From an uncultured Alphaproteobacteria bacterium (GTDB lineage: Bacteria; Pseudomonadota; Alphaproteobacteria; Rhizobiales; Xanthobacteraceae): a DNA stretch of 64,000 nucleotides. The stretch covers positions 105,486 to 169,485 of the forward strand of contig CAVPFQ010000025.1 in the NCBI GenBank assembly GCA_963703845.1, written 5' to 3'. The notes beneath the pieces were generated by a model that saw only the letters and a program-made list of their open reading frames with translations, did not search any database and was not told where the DNA came from. Made by a program: the position numbers and the translations under genes. Below, piece by piece: positions 22,599 through 30,627 of this stretch (positions within the stretch are counted from its first letter, which is position 1; every line of letters begins with the position of its first letter).

Positions 22599-23018
22599 TC
22601 AGCCGGCGGAGAGCGGGGTAGCTCTCGGTTCGCTAACCGGCCGTGCCCGTTCCGCGGGCTGTGCGACGACAGGCAATTGCAGCACGGTGGCGCGCTGGCC
22701 CTCGCAGAGCAACGTCACCAGCACGTGGCTACCGTCGGGAAATTCGATCGCGTCATGGTGGCGGTCGGGAATGTGCCGGTCGATCTCGCCGAACTTGCCG
22801 ACCCGGAAATTGATTTCCCGCGTCCAGATCCAGCGGTTGTCGTAGCGGACATTGTCGGCGAAGGCGAGTTCGGTGCCCGGAAGCATGCAGACCGCGACCG
22901 TCGGGTCGGCTTCGGACGCAAAGCCGCGGGTCGCCGTGCCGCGGAACATCGTCGTGATCAGCGTCTCTCCGACCTCAGCGGGGCGGGTCGCGACGGCATG
23001 CAGGCTATAGTCACACAT
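22599..23018 (-). CDS. Hypothetical protein beginning MCDYSLH
   Basis: AGGAG RBS before ATG 23018; globular composition with Cys/His/Asp clusters (HHDAIEF). Confidence 0.75.
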   Translation of the reverse strand: MCDYSLHAVATRPAEVGETLITTMFRGTATRGFASEADPTVAVCMLPGTELAFADNVRYDNRWIWTREINFRVGKFGEIDRHIPDRHHDAIEFPDGSHVLVTLLCEGQRATVLQLPVVAQPAERARPVSEPRATPLSAG

Positions 23019-23178
23019 CGGATTGCTCCTCGTTCGAGATAACGAACCCGCGCCGCTGTGAGAGGCGCAGGCCTCTATCAGAGTGGACAGTAACCGCCGA
23101 GACTCTTCCCGGTTGCAGGCAATTCTGCGACGGCGGCCGAGGCGGCCGATCACAAATGCGTTTTTTGGATCTGCGACG

Positions 23179-23294
23179 GCCTGATGGTTCGAGACGCGCG
23201 GCCATGCCGCGCTCCTCACCATGAGGGGACGGAGCGGGAGCTGCCAGACCCTCATGGTGAGGAGGCGCTCTTGCGCCGTCTCGAACCATGAGGC
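23179..23294. repeat. Inverted pair of REP-like elements, family B
   Basis: atggttcgagacg...ctcctcaccatgaggg and its inverted copy ccctcatggtgaggag...cgtctcgaaccatgagg. Confidence 0.8.
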
Positions 23295-23309
23295 CGCGCC
23301 GCTCAGGAT

Positions 23310-23391
23310 CGTCATTCCGGGGCGATGCGAAGCATCGAACCCGGAATCTCGAGATTCCGGGTTCGCGTCTGCGACGCGCCCCGGAATGACG
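23310..23391. repeat. REP/MITE-like palindromic element, family A
   Basis: cgtcattccggggcg...cccggaatctcgagattccggg...cgccccggaatgacg. Confidence 0.85.
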
Positions 23392-23398
23392 GCAGCTC

Positions 23399-24100
23399 TC
23401 AATACTTCCGGTAGAGCCCGATCAGCTTGCCCTGGATCTTGACCCGGTTCGGCGGCAGGATGCGGACCTCGTAAGAGGTATTGGCGGGTTCCAGCGCGAT
23501 CGAGGCGCCGCGGCGGCGGAAGCGTTTTAGCGTCGCCTCCTCCTCGTCGATCAGGGCGACCACGATGTCGCCGGTCTCGGCGCTCTCGTTGCGCTGGATC
23601 AGCGCCATGTCGCCGTCGAGAATGCCGGCATCCACCATGAAATCGCCGCGCACTTCGAGCGCGTAATGTTCGCCGGCGCCCAACATGTCCGGCGGTACGC
23701 TGATGGTGTGGCTGCGGGTCTGCAGCGCCTCGATCGGCGTGCCCGCGGCGATCCGGCCCATCACGGGGACCGCAACCGGGCGGCTGCCGTCGTCGTCGGC
23801 GGAGACGCTGGCCGAGCGGACCTTCCCGAGCGTGCCTTCGATGACGCTCGGCGTGAAGCCGCGGCGTCCGTTGCCGCCGCCGGACAGCTCCGGCAGCTTG
23901 ATGACCTCGATGGCGCGGGCGCGGTTGGGCAGGCGGCGGATGAAGCCGCGCTCTTCCAGCGCCGTGATCAGGCGGTGGATGCCGGACTTGGAGCGCAGAT
24001 CGAGCGCATCCTTCATCTCGTCAAAGGAGGGCGGAACGCCACTTTCCTTCAGGCGCTCGCTGATGAATCGCAAGAGTTCATATTGTTTGCGCGTGAGCAT
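23399..24100 (-). CDS. lexA: SOS repressor LexA (catalytic Ser reads as Phe, probably a sequence error)
   Basis: MLTRKQ w[11 protein letters not shown] (A-G cleavage site), ATLKRF catalytic Lys; RGDFM instead of RGDSM. Confidence 0.95.
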   Translation of the reverse strand: MLTRKQYELLRFISERLKESGVPPSFDEMKDALDLRSKSGIHRLITALEERGFIRRLPNRARAIEVIKLPELSGGGNGRRGFTPSVIEGTLGKVRSASVSADDDGSRPVAVPVMGRIAAGTPIEALQTRSHTISVPPDMLGAGEHYALEVRGDFMVDAGILDGDMALIQRNESAETGDIVVALIDEEEATLKRFRRRGASIALEPANTSYEVRILPPNRVKIQGKLIGLYRKY

Positions 24101-24181
24101 CTCGACCAATCCCCAGTTTGATACGTGCCGTCAGACTCCGAGGTGTTCAACAGACACCAGCACTCGAAACAAATCATGAAC

Positions 24182-24207
24182 GAACACTATATGTTCCATA
24201 TGTGTTC
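24182..24207. promoter_or_regulatory. Alphaproteobacterial SOS (LexA) box upstream of lexA
   Basis: GTTC-catatgt-GTTC at 24193-24207, preceded by GAAC-actatat-GTTC at 24182-24196. Confidence 0.88.
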
Positions 24208-24266
24208 CGCAACCACTTAATTTCCCGTCAACGCGGCCCCGCATTGTTGGAACCGCTATCTCCGCC

Positions 24267-25478
24267 TCACACGGGAAGCCGCAGGATCTCGCAAACCGAA
24301 CCCGTGGCGGCGGCTTTTGCGAACGGCGCGCGGATCACAAGCGCCCGTGCCGCAGCGAGATTTGCAAGCAGCGAGGAATCCTGATGGCCGACGGGGATGG
24401 CGACGAGCGCGCCGTCCGCACGCCGCTCGAGGCGGGCGCGAAGATAGTCCTCGCGCTGGTCGTTCTCGCCGACGTCGCGCCCGAGCAGCGCGCTCTCGCT
24501 GGTATGATGGACGTCCGCGCGCCCCGACAGCGCGCGAATCAGCGGCACCAAGAACAGGAAGCCGCAGACATAGGAGGAGACGGGATTGCCGGGCAGGCCG
24601 ATCACCCGCATGCCCTTGAGTCTGCCGTGCATCATCGGCTTGCCCGGTCGCATCGCGATCTTCCAGAACGCCATCTCCACGCCCTCGGCCTCCAGCGACC
24701 GTTTCACCAGGTCACGGTCGCCGACCGAGGCGCCGCCGGTCGTGATCAGGATGTCGGCGGCGCAGTCGCGGGCGCGGCGGATGCCGGAGGTCGTGGCCTC
24801 GACGGTGTCGGCGGCAATGCCGAGATCGACGATCTCGGCGCCCTGGCTGCGGGCCAGCGCCCGCAGCGCGTAGCCGTTGGAATAGACGATCTGCCCGGGG
24901 CCGGGGGTTTGCCCGGGCATGACGAGTTCGTCGCCGGTCGCGAGTAGCGCCACCTTCGGCCGGCGGCGCACAGCCAATTCCGGGTAGTTCATGCCGGCGG
25001 CCAGCGACAGGTCGCGGTCGGTGAGGCGGCTTCCCTTGGCCAGCAGCACATCGCCTTCGCGAAAATCGATGCCGGCAGGCCGGATGTGCCGTCCCGAGCG
25101 CGCGGCTTCGGTGACGGTGACGGTGGCGCCATCGACGCTGGTGTCTTCCTGGATCACCACCGCGTCGGCACCGTCGGGGATCACCCCGCCGGTGAAAATC
25201 CGCACCGCTTCGCCGGCGCCCAGCGCCTTTTCGAACGGACGGCCGGCCGCGACCTCGCCGATCACGGTAAGCCGTGCCCCGATCTTGGCAGCGTCCGTCG
25301 CGCGCACTGCATAACCGTCCATCGCCGACATCGCCTGTGGTGGCTGCGTGCGCCGCGCGGTGACGTCGCGCGCCAGCACGCGATGATAGGCGGCATCCAG
25401 CGCGACCGTCTCTTCAGCCAACGGTTCCGCGCCCGCGAGGATGGCGGCAAGCGCATCGGCGACCGGCATGAGTGCCAC
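24267..25478 (-). CDS. moeA: Molybdopterin molybdotransferase MoeA
   Basis: SAMDGYAV, RIFTGG, ATGDEL, TTGGASVG, KIAMRPGKP, LPGNPVS. Confidence 0.95.
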   Translation of the reverse strand: MALMPVADALAAILAGAEPLAEETVALDAAYHRVLARDVTARRTQPPQAMSAMDGYAVRATDAAKIGARLTVIGEVAAGRPFEKALGAGEAVRIFTGGVIPDGADAVVIQEDTSVDGATVTVTEAARSGRHIRPAGIDFREGDVLLAKGSRLTDRDLSLAAGMNYPELAVRRRPKVALLATGDELVMPGQTPGPGQIVYSNGYALRALARSQGAEIVDLGIAADTVEATTSGIRRARDCAADILITTGGASVGDRDLVKRSLEAEGVEMAFWKIAMRPGKPMMHGRLKGMRVIGLPGNPVSSYVCGFLFLVPLIRALSGRADVHHTSESALLGRDVGENDQREDYLRARLERRADGALVAIPVGHQDSSLLANLAAARALVIRAPFAKAAATGSVCEILRLPV

Positions 25479-25507
25479 GGCGAAAACTCCTAAGGACTCT
25501 ATCCGCT

Positions 25508-25571
25508 GTCATTGCGAGCCAACGGGTCGGCGCAAGGCGCCGCCCGATGACAGGCTCCGCGAAGCAATCCA
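25508..25571. repeat. REP-like element, family C
   Basis: gtcattgcgagc...cgaagcaatcca; same ends as the element at 30327. Confidence 0.7.
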
Positions 25572-25580
25572 TCTTTCTTT

Positions 25581-25661
25581 CGTCATTCCGGGATGGTCCG
25601 AAGGACCAGACCCGGAATCTCGAGATTCCGGGTTCGATGCTTCGCATCGCCCCGGAATGAC
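25581..25661. repeat. REP/MITE-like palindromic element, family A
   Basis: cgtcattccggg...cccggaatctcgagattccggg...cccggaatgac. Confidence 0.85.
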
Positions 25662-25703
25662 AAAGAGCTTCTGCGCTCGCAATAACGGCTGCTGCTTTAT
25701 AAT

Positions 25704-26333
25704 CTAAATCCCGAGCGCGGCCAGCGCCTGCGCGACATCATCCGGCGACCTCACATGCACCCCGATCAGTCCCTGCGCGCGTGCGCCCGCGATATTGTCG
25801 GCGGAATCGTCGAAGAACACGATCCGCTCCGCCGGAACCCCGATCGCCCTGACCACATGATCATAGGCCGCTGCATCCGGTTTCCGCAGCCCGATCGAGG
25901 AGGAAAGAAAGACTTCGCGGAAATGGCCGAGCACATCGGCATGCAGAGCCGAGAAATGCGCGACATGGGCGTTGTTGGTATTGGAGAAGGCATAGAGCGG
26001 CAGTTTTTTCGCCGCGCGCGCCAGCGCCTGCGCGATGCCGGGCACCTCGCCGGCAAAGATCGCGTTCCACCCCTCCAGGAACTCGGCGTCGGACAGCTTT
26101 ATCCCCATCGCCGCGCACTGGCCGGCGAAATATTCCGCATCGCCGATCTCGCCCCGCTCGTGCCGATGGTTGAGCTCGCCGAGCGACAGCCGCCCGACCA
26201 GTTGTTCCGGCGCGCAAGCCGCATGACGTGCCCAACAGGAAAACGCCCTGGAAAAATCGATGTCGAGTACGACGCGGCCGAGATCGAACAGGAGCGCGTC
26301 GGCCGAGCCGGGGGAGAGTGGGGGGAGCGTCAT
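25704..26333 (-). CDS. HAD-superfamily hydrolase (YihX-like)
   Basis: LLFDLGRVV motif I, FSNTN motif II, KPD motif III, FFDD motif IV. Confidence 0.88.
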   Translation of the reverse strand: MTLPPLSPGSADALLFDLGRVVLDIDFSRAFSCWARHAACAPEQLVGRLSLGELNHRHERGEIGDAEYFAGQCAAMGIKLSDAEFLEGWNAIFAGEVPGIAQALARAAKKLPLYAFSNTNNAHVAHFSALHADVLGHFREVFLSSSIGLRKPDAAAYDHVVRAIGVPAERIVFFDDSADNIAGARAQGLIGVHVRSPDDVAQALAALGI

Positions 26334-26399
26334 GGGGGCGGTGTACGAAAATCGGGGAGAGGGGGCAACGAAATCGGCACCGCCGTCACGCACAATATT

Positions 26400-27114
26400 T
26401 CACTGGACCAAGACCGCGGTCTTCATCTTCTCATAAACCTGCAGGAGCAGTTCGGCCTGCTGGCCCTCCGACATCAGAGCCAGCGGTGTGTTTGGCGAAA
26501 TAGCCCCCTGAAACCTGGCCAACGGAGAGTCTGCGAAGGTCGACGACTTCACCGCAATCCAGAACACCAGGCAGCCTCTGTTGTTCGCCGCCTCCAATAG
26601 TTCCGGGAGTTCCTCGTTGGTGATGAACGGCGAGTTGAGGAAGTCCTGGGTGACTAGGAATACGGCAACGCGCGCCGAGCCAAGCGCCTTGCGTATTTCA
26701 ACAAGCCACTCCGCACCTGGGCGTATCTCCGTGTCATCCCAGACACAGAATCAGATTTCGGTTTTCAAGCGGCCGCAGGAACTGCCGGAGCTTCTCCAGC
26801 CACTCCGCGTCCTTGTGGCTATAGCTGATAAACACCGGTTTTGTAACGCTCACTTTCGGCGCGACGAAGTGCTGGAGATAGAGGACGCGACGAGCCGCGT
26901 CGACTTCGAAGGTCACCTCCAGCGGAGGCGAAGGATGTTTATAGAGCCGCACCTTTCCGTCCTGGCTGATCGAGCGGACTCGACCTGGGTAGGCGTCCGG
27001 ATTGTCAGCCAGCGTATCAAGCAAATCGAAAAGTATGGACAGAGCCTCCTGAGGCAGATCCTTTCGACTTTCCTTTCCGCTGTCCGAGTATTGAATCGCG
27101 TACGCCTCAGGCAT
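26400..27114 (-). CDS. RelE/ParE-like domain fused to a TIR domain (about 237 aa once one extra base near 26747 is removed)
   Basis: N-terminal YAIQYSDSGKESRKDLP...LADNP...LEVTFEVDAARRVLYL; then VFISYSHKD; after the frameshift WDDTEIRPGAEW...ARVAVFLVTQDFLNSPFITNEEL; GGAG RBS; start overlaps the upstream stop. Confidence 0.8.
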
Positions 27115-28147
27115 CGTTGGCTCCATCTGGAGACGCATGGGGGCCATTGCCTGCGAGCCTTACAGCGACGACCTGAATGCGTTGCGAGGCGTGGTCGGCG
27201 ACATACTCGATCTCGACGTGTTTGCCTTTAGTCGTGTCCGGAAGCGTCGCGCCTTCAGGGCGGGGATTTGCTTTCTCCTGCGCTTCGAGTCGCGCGCCGT
27301 TTGTACTGAGCTCCGCCACAAGGTCCCCGAGCTCGATCCGGTCCGCGACGTCCAGCGTGGCTCCCTGCTTGGAAGCATCTCGACTGAATGCGATCGCGTA
27401 GGCCTTTTGTCGAAAGGCGGCGCTTTGCAAGACAGCGTCCTTTCGATCCTTCGTGATCTGCGCGGACTCGATTATCGCGGTCTGTTCCAGGAGCTCGGCC
27501 GGAACAGAAACGACTTCGGGGCCTTCTCGCTCTTGCAGGCTCTGAAGCGCTTTCCTCAGCTGCTCGGCACTTGTCGCCAGGTCCATTCGCTCGCGCTGAT
27601 TCCGCAGATATCGAGCGCCAAATAGTAAACCGGCCGTGATCCCGTAGAACGGCAGCGCGATGAATAGACCTATCCGCTCGTCAGGTGTACGCGCGTCGAT
27701 CGCGGCTTTGCTCGCGACGACCAGGATCAAAATACCGATGCCGGGCAACAGAACGCTGCGAAGCCGGCTGATCCATCAACTCCGCCGGCTTTCCTTCCAT
27801 AGGGAGGTGGAAAGAGAACCGAGGCCGAGTCGCTTCAGCCGCCTGTCTTCGCGAAAAGTCTTGAGAAGCAGCGGAATGTTCAGCGCCAGCGAGAGCATCG
27901 CGACAAGAAAGGACACCGCGAAGACGAGTCCCAGAACCAAGGCCAGCACCCAAAGCCAGTCTCCGCTGAACGAGGCGAAAATGATGGCAAGGAAACATCC
28001 GAAGAGGCTTGCCATGGCCACATCGACGCTGACCAATAACGCGCGGTATGTAATTCTTTCGAGACGCGTTAATTGCAGCGTCTGCCCAGCACTCGAAAGT
28101 ACCTCAATGGTACGCTCGAGTTCATTCGAGGAGAGTGCGACAGCCAT
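27107..28147 (-). CDS. Four-TM membrane protein with a coiled coil and C-terminal RelE/ParE-like domain (about 346 aa through an internal TGA at 27776-27778)
   Basis: Track ORFs 27776..28309 and 27107..27748 are in the same frame and separated by one TGA; four hydrophobic segments; C-terminal KAYAIAFSRDASK...VEIEYVADHASQRIQVVAV. Confidence 0.72.
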
Positions 28148-28423
28148 GGCGCCGAGAACCAAAAATCCAAACCTAACACCCTTGCCGTTCAGACGACAGA
28201 AGTTTTCGCGTGGCGCGGGTGCGAATCTTAGCCACAACCTTGACGCCGCGTCGCCCCGGGGACGCTGACGGACAGCCGCGTCCCGCGCCCGCAGACCGGA
28301 GGTCGACACTCGCGCCCGCTATGCAGGCCTGCAAGGTGCGCTTCGGTCAAACGAAGATGAATCGTCGGTCCAACCGGATTTCCTCACTGCTCCGCGGATC
28401 GGACAAGTGCGGGCCGCTCCCCC

Positions 28424-29551
28424 TCAATACCGGTACGGCTCGATCTCCAGCAGCGGATACGCGCTGAACACGCTCGGCATATTCACCGGCGCGGCTTGAT
28501 GCAGATAGCTCTTGTCGAGCTCGGCGAATTTCGTCACCCCGAGCAGGCCGAGACAGCGCACCACTTCGTCTTCCAGCAGCTCCAGCATCCGCACGATGCC
28601 CTGCTCGCCCTTGGCAGCCAGCGCACAGCAGTGCAGCCGGCCGATGCCGACGAGGTCGGCGCCAAGCGCGATCGCTTTGACGATGTCGGTACCACGATTG
28701 ATGCCGCCGTCCACCATGATTTTGGCGCGACCCTTCACGGCGGCGACGATTTCGGGCAGCACATGCATCGAGCCGCGGCCGTGGTCGAGTTGGCGGCCCC
28801 CATGGTTGGAGACGTAAATCCAGTCGACACCGTGATCGAGCGCGATCTCCGCGTCCTCCGCGGTGGCGATGCCCTTGATCACCAGCGGTATCTTGAACTT
28901 GTCCTTGATCAGCTTCACCGTCCGCCATTCCAGCCCCTTCTGGAAGTCGCCGCCGGTGGCGCGCACGCGGCTGGCGCGGACATAGCGCTTGGCGATGTCG
29001 CGCTCGCGCCGGCTGTAATGGGCGGTATCGACGGTCAGGCAAAACGCGCTGTAGCCGCTCTTGATGGCGCGGGCGACGCGGTCCTCGACAAAGGCGTCGT
29101 CGCCGCGGACATAGAGCTGATACATCCGCAGCGCATCGGGGGCGGCTTCCGCGGTCTTCTCCAGGCCCGGCTCCGACACCGAGCTCAGCATATGCGCAGC
29201 CCCGAACGAGCCGGCGCCGCGCACTACCGCCGCGCCGCCTGCGGGATCGAACAGTTCGAGCGCGCCGACGGGGGCGATCATCACGGGAATCCGCAATTTG
29301 CGGCCGAACAGAGCGACGGAAGCGTCGACGCGGGCGACATTGCGCAGCACGCGCGGCCGGAACGCGATCTCGTCGAGCGCCAAGCGGTTGCGGCGCATCG
29401 TGGTCTCGGTCTCGGCGGCGCCGGCGATATAGTCCCAGCAATTCTGGTTGAGGTTGGCCCGCGCCCTGCTGATCAGTTCGTGCAGGTTCTGGAACTCCTC
29501 GCCGCTGGCGCCGAGTTCGATTTGCGACGGAATGCGTGGCGCCTCGTTCAT
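28424..29551 (-). CDS. FMN-dependent alpha-hydroxy acid oxidase/dehydrogenase
   Basis: IAPVG, LTVD, VIKGI, SNHGGRQLD, DGGINRGTDIVKAIALGA. Confidence 0.92.
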   Translation of the reverse strand: MNEAPRIPSQIELGASGEEFQNLHELISRARANLNQNCWDYIAGAAETETTMRRNRLALDEIAFRPRVLRNVARVDASVALFGRKLRIPVMIAPVGALELFDPAGGAAVVRGAGSFGAAHMLSSVSEPGLEKTAEAAPDALRMYQLYVRGDDAFVEDRVARAIKSGYSAFCLTVDTAHYSRRERDIAKRYVRASRVRATGGDFQKGLEWRTVKLIKDKFKIPLVIKGIATAEDAEIALDHGVDWIYVSNHGGRQLDHGRGSMHVLPEIVAAVKGRAKIMVDGGINRGTDIVKAIALGADLVGIGRLHCCALAAKGEQGIVRMLELLEDEVVRCLGLLGVTKFAELDKSYLHQAAPVNMPSVFSAYPLLEIEPYRY

Positions 29552-29697
29552 GGTGTCCTCCCCGGAAAATGCGTGTTTGTCTCGCCTTGGTCATTCGCCT
29601 ATCGCGTCCTGCGCTTCCGCACCATCCCGAAAATTGCTATGGCTGTCGGCAGCGGGAGCAGAGCAGGAAATCCCGGCGACCAAAGGAGGGGACGTAC

Positions 29698-30261
29698 ATG
29701 ACGAAATTGGCACTATGGGCGGCGCTGGGCCTGAGCCTAGCCGGCGCAACTTCCGCCACCGCGCAGAGCATGACGATTGCCAGCGCCGAGATCAAGGAAG
29801 GCGCCACCATCGCCAACGAGCAGGTGTTCAAGGGCTTTGGCTGCACCGGCGATAATGTGTCGCCCAGCTTGAGCTGGAGCGGGGCGCCTGCGGCCACCAA
29901 GAGCTTTGCGGTCTCCATCTACGATCCGGACGCGCCGACCGGCTCCGGCTGGTGGCACTGGGTGGTGTTCAACATTCCGGCCGCCACGACTTCGCTGCCG
30001 AAGGGTGCCGGCGACGTGAAAAAGAAGCTGATGCCGAAGGGCGCGATCCAGAGTCGGACCGATTTCGGCGCCGACGGCTATGGCGGCCCATGTCCGCCGG
30101 CGGGCGACAAGCCGCACCATTACCAGATCACGGTATTCGCCGTTGACGTCGACAAGCTGCCCGACGCCAAGAACGACATGGCCTCCGCCGCGCTGGTCGG
30201 CTTCGACCTGCATTTCCACACGCTGGCGAAAGCGACGCTGACCGGCCTCTACGGCCGCTGA
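29698..30261 (+). CDS. Periplasmic YbhB/YbcL (PEBP, Raf kinase inhibitor-like) protein
   Basis: Signal peptide; SPSLSWSGAP, DPDAPTGSGWWHWVV, YGGPCPP, HHYQITVFA. Confidence 0.9.
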   Translation: MTKLALWAALGLSLAGATSATAQSMTIASAEIKEGATIANEQVFKGFGCTGDNVSPSLSWSGAPAATKSFAVSIYDPDAPTGSGWWHWVVFNIPAATTSLPKGAGDVKKKLMPKGAIQSRTDFGADGYGGPCPPAGDKPHHYQITVFAVDVDKLPDAKNDMASAALVGFDLHFHTLAKATLTGLYGR

Positions 30262-30272
30262 TGCTCCGCGGC

Positions 30273-30300
30273 GTAGGGTGGGTTAGCGCAGCGTAACCCA
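30273..30300. repeat. GTAG-type REP element
   Basis: gtagggtgggttagcgcagcgtaaccca: GTAG tetramer followed by a gggtta/taaccc hairpin. Confidence 0.65.
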
Positions 30301-30326
30301 GGCGAGATCGCGGAAGTATGTCTTGG

Positions 30327-30449
30327 CGTCATTGCGAAGAGCACTCTTGTCCGCCGAAGCCCGCCTTCGGGCGAAGGCGGATGCGACGAAGCAATCCATC
30401 GAGCAACACGCAAGAAAGTTGGATTGCTTCGCTTACGCTCGCAATGACG
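30327..30449. repeat. REP-like element pair, family C
   Basis: cgtcattgcga...cgaagcaatcca and inverted tggattgcttcg...cgcaatgacg. Confidence 0.75.
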
Positions 30450-30627
30450 CTCTTTGGCCGCTGAACTTAAATCCTCATCCGCCGCCCCGGCGGAATGCCG
30501 GCATCGAACTTCGGGAATTCCGGCTTTGCCGCGGTGGCCAAGCCCGTATATCGTTACGCGATCCGAACAAGACCGCTCGGCGCGCTGCCGGCATGACGAT
30601 GTCGGCCGCCATACGGGGAAATCAGAC

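Noticed and set aside
22071-25661. Repeated palindromic units as a CRISPR array
   Set aside because: Copies are kilobases apart with no regular spacers, and no cas genes are present.
26400-28147. Calling the TIR module a Thoeris system
   Set aside because: No SIR2, Macro or SLOG ThsA-type domain is recognisable; the partner ends in a RelE-like domain.
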